UHGV virus genome: UHGV-2130109
Source of the DNA: a virus
Direction: 5' to 3' (one strand)
DNA: 13,198 nucleotides
Position numbers and translations under genes: made by a program. A model generated the notes under the pieces. That model made no database searches. It was not told where the DNA came from and saw only the letters and a list, made by a program, of their open reading frames with translations. How positions within the stretch are numbered: the stretch's first letter is position 1; each line of letters opens with the position of its first letter. Shown here piece by piece: positions 7,189-13,198 of this stretch.

Positions 7189-7581
7189 ATGAAAGAACTC
7201 GCACAGAACGAAGTGTTCTCAGAATCCTGCCCTGACGCAATAAATGAGCTTAAAGAAATCGCAGCACGCATAAATGAAATATGCAAAAAACACAAGATAG
7301 ATTATGTCTATTCATTTTCAGAGCTAACAGAAATCGCAATTAACGAATATAAGGACAGTCGTTTTGTTTCCTTCGGTTTGTATTGCGAAACTTCCAGCCC
7401 ATATATTCATGCAGCATCTGAAATTGTCGACAGTACAATTAAACCACAGGCAATACTGGAACTGGCAATGGCTCTTCAGCTTATCAGAGAGAATGGTGAA
7501 TGCACCTGTGACTGCCCTGAATGCCAGCACGAACAGACTCAGGCCAGCACCAAAACCGCAAACAAGAAAGCATTTCACTGA
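7189..7581 (+). CDS. Hypothetical Cys-rich protein (130 aa)
   Basis: ORF with C-terminal CTCDCPECQ cluster. No family recognised. Confidence 0.45.
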   Translation: MKELAQNEVFSESCPDAINELKEIAARINEICKKHKIDYVYSFSELTEIAINEYKDSRFVSFGLYCETSSPYIHAASEIVDSTIKPQAILELAMALQLIRENGECTCDCPECQHEQTQASTKTANKKAFH

Positions 7582-7651
7582 AATAAAAAATCCGGCAGCA
7601 CAGGCTACCAAAAAGGGCGCTTATTTTTATCCAGTCAGAGGTTTAAACACA

Positions 7652-9712
7652 ATGAGCACTGATAAACAAGTTTACCCACTGTATTACGAAGCAAAAAATG
7701 ACAAGGTAAGAAAACGCCTCGGCATTAAAGGCGGTTTTTACTGGGCTGAGGCGAAAAAATTATCCATTGCAATCTCTCGTGGTGCTGTTGCGATTGACGA
7801 TGCGGGCTACGATGAAGATGACTTTAAAAAACCTGTTCGCGTTCATTTGCCCGTCGTAAATGACCTTCCACCGGAAGGAGTGTTTGATACCGAATTCTGT
7901 AATCGCTATGAAAAAGGCGGTAACGATGGCATCACCATGATGGCTATACCCTCCGATGACAACATCAACGGTGAAGATGCCACAACGGCTGACGGTGGCA
8001 ACGATGACCCAGACGGAGCTGTTCCGGGTAATGCGGAGAAAATCGAATCCACAGACAGCGACGATGACTGTATTGACTGTGAAATTCCCGTCGCCACTCT
8101 CAGTCTTACCCATCGTTTCCTTCACCTCTTCTTCTTTAGCAAGGATAAAGATGGAAAATACCGGCATCACGCCACACCAGAACAACGTAATAATGTGATC
8201 CGTCTGGAGATGGACACAGAAGATAGTTACCTTCAGAGCCTGCTTACTGCTGTGCGTTCACATCCAGAGCTGGATAAGCTGACGAATTATCACCTTAGCC
8301 GCCTGGCTGAATCTGTAGGGAAAGCATTCCCCCACTCTGCAAATCATCGCATCAGCCCGGCTGAATTCGACAAGTTCATTTCCACCTGGATGAAAACTGA
8401 CTACCTTGATCAGGGCCTGCTGACAAAAGAATGGCAGAACGGAAATTATGTTTCAGGCATTACCCGTACGCCTTCCGGTGCTAACGCTGGCGGCGGAAAT
8501 ATTACCGATCGTGGTGAAGGATTCAAACATGATAAGACATCACTCGCACGAGATGTAGCCACCGGCGTTCTGGCCCGTTCAATGGATGTGGATATTTATA
8601 ACCTGCACCCAGCACACGCAAAACGCGTTGAAGAAATCGTGTCAGAGAATAAGCCGCCCTTTTCTGTTTTTCGCGACAAATTTATCGCCATGCCCGGTGG
8701 GCTGGATTATTCCCGCGCCATTGTGGTGGCTTCCGTGAAAGAAGCACCAATCGGCATTGAGGCCATCCCGGCACGCGTGACTGAATATCTCAACAAAGTG
8801 TTGACCGAAACCGATCACGCTAACCCGGATCCGGAAATCGTGGAAATTGCCTGCGGTCGCTCATCAGCACCGATGCCGCAGCGCGGAACAGCAGAAGGAA
8901 AACATGGCGATGAAGAAAAGCAACAAACATCGGACACAATGGCTAATGAACAGGCAGCGCCTGAATCAGTGGAAGAAATTCCAGTTAAACATAATGAGGA
9001 CACGCAATCACTGGAAAATGTCTCATCTGTAGAAACGAAATACCAGGAACTGAGGGAGGAACTCAATAAAGCCAGGGAAAACATCCCCCCAAAAAATCCA
9101 GTCGATGCCGACAAATTACTGGCGGCTTCTCGCGGAGAATTCGTTGAAGGTATCAGCGACCCAACCGACCCGAAGTGGGTGAAGGGGATCCAGACTCGCG
9201 ACACTGAAGACCAGAATCAATCCAAAGTGGAACAAAATGAGCCAGAAGCGGAACAAAACAGCCCGGATACGCAACAAAACGGACCAGCAGAGCAACAACC
9301 AGAGCCAGTAGCACAACCGGAGCTGGAAAAATCCTGCCGCGTCTGTGCTCAGACTGGTGGGGGCAACTGCCCTGACTGCGGTCCGGTAATAGGAGATGAA
9401 ACTTACGCTGAAATTTTTGGAGAAAACGGCACATCTGCTGAAGAGAACTCAGCACAAGCGGATGTCCTGGAAAGTTCCGCTGATACAACTCATGAACTCG
9501 AGGCAGTTGCCCGGAATGCTCAGGGCAACAATGCGCCCGACGATAAGGCTGATTCAGAACCAGAAATTCTCGACTGGAAAAGACAGCTCGTGATTGCAGC
9601 CGTCTATGGTTTGTGCGCCAACCCCGCATGTATAGCCACAGCGCCAGCAATCCCTGATATCGCCATCATGATTGCCAACAGGCTTGAAAATTTCGGAGGT
9701 GATAAATCATGA
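7652..9712 (+). CDS. Large acidic protein (686 aa) resembling the N-terminal non-nuclease region of RecE (exonuclease VIII) but lacking a recognisable nuclease domain; C-terminal CxxC-x7-CxxC zinc ribbon
   Basis: Start chosen at ATG 7652 (MSTDKQ..., AGAGG upstream) rather than the track's 7364, which overlaps the preceding gene. Blocks such as [50 protein letters not shown] and [28 protein letters not shown] match my recollection of the E. coli RecE N-terminal region. Stop overlaps the gam start (ATGA at 9709-9712). Confidence 0.6.
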   Translation: MSTDKQVYPLYYEAKNDKVRKRLGIKGGFYWAEAKKLSIAISRGAVAIDDAGYDEDDFKKPVRVHLPVVNDLPPEGVFDTEFCNRYEKGGNDGITMMAIPSDDNINGEDATTADGGNDDPDGAVPGNAEKIESTDSDDDCIDCEIPVATLSLTHRFLHLFFFSKDKDGKYRHHATPEQRNNVIRLEMDTEDSYLQSLLTAVRSHPELDKLTNYHLSRLAESVGKAFPHSANHRISPAEFDKFISTWMKTDYLDQGLLTKEWQNGNYVSGITRTPSGANAGGGNITDRGEGFKHDKTSLARDVATGVLARSMDVDIYNLHPAHAKRVEEIVSENKPPFSVFRDKFIAMPGGLDYSRAIVVASVKEAPIGIEAIPARVTEYLNKVLTETDHANPDPEIVEIACGRSSAPMPQRGTAEGKHGDEEKQQTSDTMANEQAAPESVEEIPVKHNEDTQSLENVSSVETKYQELREELNKARENIPPKNPVDADKLLAASRGEFVEGISDPTDPKWVKGIQTRDTEDQNQSKVEQNEPEAEQNSPDTQQNGPAEQQPEPVAQPELEKSCRVCAQTGGGNCPDCGPVIGDETYAEIFGENGTSAEENSAQADVLESSADTTHELEAVARNAQGNNAPDDKADSEPEILDWKRQLVIAAVYGLCANPACIATAPAIPDIAIMIANRLENFGGDKS

Positions 9713-10005
9713 ATGCCTGGCTTATCCCCGATCGCATTGAAGAGCAGTCATGGGCACGACACTACCAGCAAATTGCCCGTGAAGAAACTGAAGCTGAGCT
9801 GGCAGACGACCTGGAAAAAGGTCTGCCCCAACACCTGTTTGAATCGCTATGCATCGATAATCTGCAACGTCACGGGGCCAGCAAAAAAGCTATTTCCCGT
9901 GCATTTGATGACGATGTCGATTTTCAGGAACGCATGGCAGAACACATCCGCTACATGGCTGAAACCATCGCCCGTCACCAAATTAATATTGATTCAGAGG
10001 TATAA
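9709..10005 (+). CDS. gam: Gam, RecBCD inhibitor (short form)
   Basis: 98 aa, [50 protein letters not shown]...; near-identical to the lambda GamS region as I recall it. Confidence 0.9.
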   Translation: MNAWLIPDRIEEQSWARHYQQIAREETEAELADDLEKGLPQHLFESLCIDNLQRHGASKKAISRAFDDDVDFQERMAEHIRYMAETIARHQINIDSEV

Positions 10006-10010
10006 AACGG

Positions 10011-10796
10011 ATGAGTACAGCACTCGCAACGCTGGCAGGGAAGCTGGCTGAACGTGTCGGCATGGATTCTGTCGACCCACAGGAACTGATTACCACTCTT
10101 CGCCAGACAGCATTTAAAGGTGATGCCAGCGATGCCCAGTTCATCGCACTACTGATCGTCGCTAACCAGTACGGCCTTAATCCATGGACGAAAGAGATTT
10201 ACGCCTTTCCTGATAAACAGAACGGTATCGTTCCGGTGGTGGGTGTTGATGGCTGGTCCCGCATCATCAATGAAAACCAGCAGTTTGATGGCATGGACTT
10301 TGAGCAGGACGATGAATCATGTACATGCCGGATTTACCGCAAAGACCGAAATCATCCGATCTGCGTTACCGAGTGGATGGATGAATGTCGCCGCGCACCA
10401 TTCAAAACCCGCGAAGGCAGAGAAATCACCGGACCGTGGCAGTCGCATCCCAAACGGATGTTACGGCACAAAGCCATGATTCAGTGTGCTCGCCTGGCCT
10501 TCGGATTTGCTGGCATCTATGACAAGGATGAAGCCGAGCGTATTGTCGAAAATACTGCATATACTACAGAACGTCAGCCGGAACGCGACATCACCCCGGT
10601 TAACGAAGAAACCATGTCGGAAATTAACGCCCTTCTTACTTCCATGGAAAAAACGTGGGATGACGACCTGTTGCCGCTCTGTTCCCAGATTTTTCGCCGC
10701 AACATTTACACATCTTCAGAACTAACACAGGCTGAAGCTGTGAAGGTTCTTGGATTCCTGAAACAGAAAGTCACAGAGCAGAAGGTAGCAGCATGA
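10011..10796 (+). CDS. bet: Bet (Red-beta) single-strand annealing protein
   Basis: 261 aa, [98 protein letters not shown]...; essentially lambda Bet. Confidence 0.95.
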   Translation: MSTALATLAGKLAERVGMDSVDPQELITTLRQTAFKGDASDAQFIALLIVANQYGLNPWTKEIYAFPDKQNGIVPVVGVDGWSRIINENQQFDGMDFEQDDESCTCRIYRKDRNHPICVTEWMDECRRAPFKTREGREITGPWQSHPKRMLRHKAMIQCARLAFGFAGIYDKDEAERIVENTAYTTERQPERDITPVNEETMSEINALLTSMEKTWDDDLLPLCSQIFRRNIYTSSELTQAEAVKVLGFLKQKVTEQKVAA

Positions 10797-11470
10797 CACC
10801 GGACATTATCCTGCAACGTACAGGGATCGACGTGAGAGCTGTCGAACAGGGGGATGATGCGTGGCACAAATTACGGCTCGGCGTCATCACCGCTTCAGAA
10901 GTTCACAACGTGATAGCAAAACCCCGCTCAGGAAAGAAATGGCCTGACATGAAAATGTCCTACTTCCACACCCTGCTGGCTGAGGTTTGCACCGGTGTGG
11001 CTCCGGAAGTTAACGCTAAAGCGCTGGCCTGGGGAAAACAGTACGAGAACGACGCCAGAGCCCTCTTTGAGTTCACTTCCGGCGTGAATGTTACTGAATC
11101 CCCGATCATCTATCGCGACGAAAGTATGCGCACCGCCTGCTCTCCCGATGGTTTATGCAGTGACGGCAACGGCCTTGAACTGAAATGCCCGTTTACCTCC
11201 CGGGATTTCATGAAATTCCGGCTCGGTGGTTTCGAGGCCATAAAGTCGGCTTACATGGCCCAGGTGCAGTACAGCATGTGGGTGACACGAAAAGATGCCT
11301 GGTACTTTGCCAACTATGACCCGCGTATGAAGCGTGAAGGACTGCATTATGTCGTGGTCGAACGGGATGAAAAATACATGGCTGGTTTTGACGAAATGGT
11401 GCCAGAGTTCATCGAAAAAATGGACGAGGCACTGGCTGAAATTGGTTTTGTATTTGGGGAGCAATGGTGA
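10793..11470 (+). CDS. exo: Lambda-type 5'-3' exonuclease (Red-alpha)
   Basis: 225 aa, [65 protein letters not shown]...; essentially lambda Exo. ATGA overlap with bet. Confidence 0.95.
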   Translation: MTPDIILQRTGIDVRAVEQGDDAWHKLRLGVITASEVHNVIAKPRSGKKWPDMKMSYFHTLLAEVCTGVAPEVNAKALAWGKQYENDARALFEFTSGVNVTESPIIYRDESMRTACSPDGLCSDGNGLELKCPFTSRDFMKFRLGGFEAIKSAYMAQVQYSMWVTRKDAWYFANYDPRMKREGLHYVVVERDEKYMAGFDEMVPEFIEKMDEALAEIGFVFGEQW

Positions 11471-11521
11471 TAGCCAGTAGCAACGAGGTGCAAATGATAT
11501 GACAATTAAGGAATACTACCG

Positions 11522-11773
11522 GTGTTCGTTCTAATCCAGCGCGGGCAGTCTTTCGTCGATGCCAACAACTATCCGGTTGAAGTCTGCAAAATCACTCTGA
11601 CGCAGGTAATCTTCCGCAGGCTGGATGGGAGAACCAGAGCCGCTTCAATTAGCGCATTTAATGCAGAATTTGAGCGAATCGATCACAACGAACTACACAT
11701 GATTAAAGCAGAAATTGAGAAGGAAAAGCATATTGCCAGCCTTCGAAAAATGCGCCGCATATCAATCAACTGA
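11522..11773 (+). CDS. Small hypothetical ORF (83 codons, GTG start), possibly a frameshifted remnant
   Basis: Ends immediately before an intrinsic terminator. An 11-codon ATG ORF with good SD (11499-11534) lies in another frame just upstream. Confidence 0.3.
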   Translation: MFVLIQRGQSFVDANNYPVEVCKITLTQVIFRRLDGRTRAASISAFNAEFERIDHNELHMIKAEIEKEKHIASLRKMRRISIN

Positions 11774-11774
11774 C

Positions 11775-11796
11775 AACCGCCTTCGGGCGGTTTTTA
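11775..11796 (+). terminator. Intrinsic terminator (UUCG tetraloop hairpin plus T-run)
   Basis: aaccgcc-ttcg-ggcggtt followed by ttttt at 11791-11795, between the small ORF and xis. Confidence 0.7.
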
Positions 11797-11807
11797 ATGG
11801 CGAAAAT

Positions 11808-12179
11808 ATGGATTCACACAGTATCACCCTCAAAGAGGCCTGTAAGTTTCTCAAGATATCAAGGCCAACAGCTGTTAACTGGATACGAACGGGCCGACTA
11901 CAGGCAACCCGAAAAAATTCTTCCGGTAAAAGATCACCTTATCTCACAACCCGGCAAGCCTGCATTGCAGCACTTCATTCACCGCTGCATACTGTCCAGG
12001 TGAGCGCGGGTGATGGCATAACAGAGGAAAGAAAATGTCACTCTTCCGCAGAGGTGAAATATGGTACGCCTCGTACTCGCTCCCGGGCGGGAAGCGAATT
12101 AAGGAGTCTCTTGGCACAAAGGACAAGCGGCAAGCTCAGGAGTTGCACGACAAGCGAAAAGCAGAACTCTGGCGAGTAG
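11808..12179 (+). CDS. xis: Excisionase (P22 Xis type)
   Basis: Start at the ATG of [36 protein letters not shown]... (helix-turn-helix-like). The 3' end overlaps the int start, as is common for xis-int pairs. Track ORF 11715-12179 includes a TTG-initiated extension that I did not use. Confidence 0.6.
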   Translation: MDSHSITLKEACKFLKISRPTAVNWIRTGRLQATRKNSSGKRSPYLTTRQACIAALHSPLHTVQVSAGDGITEERKCHSSAEVKYGTPRTRSRAGSELRSLLAQRTSGKLRSCTTSEKQNSGE

Positions 12180-13198
12180 ACAGACTGGGGGATATGCCAG
12201 ATGTCACTTTCGAAGAAGCCTGCCTGAGATGGCTTGAGGAAAAAGCCGACAAGAAATCCATCGATTCCGATAAATCCAGAATCGCATTCTGGATTGAGCA
12301 TTTCGAGGGAATAAGGATTAAGGATATATCGGAGGCAATGATCTACTCAGTTATCAGCAAAGCGTATAACCGAAAAACAAAGGAGAGATGGAAGTTGCAG
12401 GTGGAGGCTGCATTAAGAAAAGGGAAAGAACCACCAGCCTATATACCTAAATCGGTGAGCACGCAAACAAAAGCAACACACCTGGCAATGATCAAGGCTA
12501 TTCTGCGCGCCGCAGAGCGAGACTGGAAATGGCTTGAAAAAGCACCTGTAATCAAAATACCTGCCGTAAAAAACAAACGCGTGAGATGGCTGGAAAAAGA
12601 AGAAGCCAGGAGACTCATTGATGCATGTTCTGATCCCCTGAAATCTGTAGTTAAATTTGCACTGGCAACTGGCCTGAGGAGATCAAACATTATTAATCTG
12701 GAGTGGCAACAAATCGATATGCAGCGACGTGTTGCCTGGGTAAACCCTGAAGACAGTAAGTCAAACCGCGCTATTGGGGTCGCACTGAATGACACTGCCT
12801 GCAAGGTGTTGCGTGATCAAATAGGCAAACATCACCGCTGGGTGTTTGTTTATACCACTGCTGCCAGAAGGCCTGACGGGACAATGACACCAAGCATCAG
12901 AAAGATGCGCCTGGACTATAACACATCGTGGTTAACAGCATGTCGTCGGGCAGGAATTGAAAATTTCCGTTTTCATGACCTCCGCCATACCTGGGCCAGT
13001 TGGTTAATTCAGTCAGGTGTACCACTGTCAGTACTTCAGGAAATGGGCGGCTGGGAGTCTATCGAAATGGTGCGTAGGTACGCACACCTTGCACCTAATC
13101 ATTTGACAGAGCACGCGAGGAAAATTGACGACATATTGGGTGACGATGTCCCAAATTTGTCCCACCCTGAGGTTTTTGAGGATGCAAAGAAAGCATAA
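12035..13198 (+). CDS. int: Tyrosine site-specific integrase (P22 Int type)
   Basis: 387 aa, [21 protein letters not shown]... with C-terminal catalytic motifs (...[40 protein letters not shown]...). Stop codon is the last 3 nt of the window; attP would lie beyond. Confidence 0.95.
   Translation: MSLFRRGEIWYASYSLPGGKRIKESLGTKDKRQAQELHDKRKAELWRVDRLGDMPDVTFEEACLRWLEEKADKKSIDSDKSRIAFWIEHFEGIRIKDISEAMIYSVISKAYNRKTKERWKLQVEAALRKGKEPPAYIPKSVSTQTKATHLAMIKAILRAAERDWKWLEKAPVIKIPAVKNKRVRWLEKEEARRLIDACSDPLKSVVKFALATGLRRSNIINLEWQQIDMQRRVAWVNPEDSKSNRAIGVALNDTACKVLRDQIGKHHRWVFVYTTAARRPDGTMTPSIRKMRLDYNTSWLTACRRAGIENFRFHDLRHTWASWLIQSGVPLSVLQEMGGWESIEMVRRYAHLAPNHLTEHARKIDDILGDDVPNLSHPEVFEDAKKA

Noticed and set aside
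7364-7651. Upstream 96-codon extension of the large ORF (track start at 7364)
   Set aside because: Overlaps the 3' half of the 7189-7581 gene in another frame and has no SD. The ATG at 7652 with an upstream AGAGG is the more plausible start.
7760-9650. Minus-strand ORFs (7760-8185, 7906-8097, 8815-9204, 9116-9316, 9153-9650) inside the large plus-strand gene
   Set aside because: Antisense to a long uninterrupted reading frame with recognisable protein blocks. No independent start signals noted.
9713-10725. Alternative-frame ORFs overlapping gam and bet (9713-10051, 10243-10479, 10486-10725)
   Set aside because: gam and bet give near-exact matches to the lambda proteins in their own frames. 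The overlapping frames are incidental.
11715-11807. TTG-initiated N-terminal extension of xis
   Set aside because: Extension runs through the terminator hairpin at 11775-11796. The ATG at 11808 begins the conserved Xis-like sequence.

Overview
This window is the early, immunity and recombination half of a mosaic lambdoid prophage, in inverted orientation relative to the conventional lambda map. All homology statements below come from my memory of reference sequences (lambda, P22, E. coli K-12), not from a search. Minus strand, right to left: cro, nutR, cII-like activator, three tandem ~112-bp repeats, an O-like replication initiator, and a DnaC-like loader that runs off the left edge. Plus strand: cI, then a single unknown membrane-protein gene where lambda carries rexA/rexB, a terminator, oL/pL, a P22-type nutL boxB, an N-like antiterminator, two low-GC cargo genes, a structured RNA ending in a DicF-like sRNA, a DicB-like small protein, a Cys-rich protein, a 686-aa acidic protein resembling the non-nuclease N-terminal part of RecE, then gam-bet-exo, a terminator, xis and a P22-type integrase ending exactly at the window end. 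cI, cro, the operators and gam/bet/exo look near-identical to lambda. The best candidates for an undescribed system are the cI-linked rex-locus replacement gene (3272-4270) and the cargo between N and gam (5154-9712).
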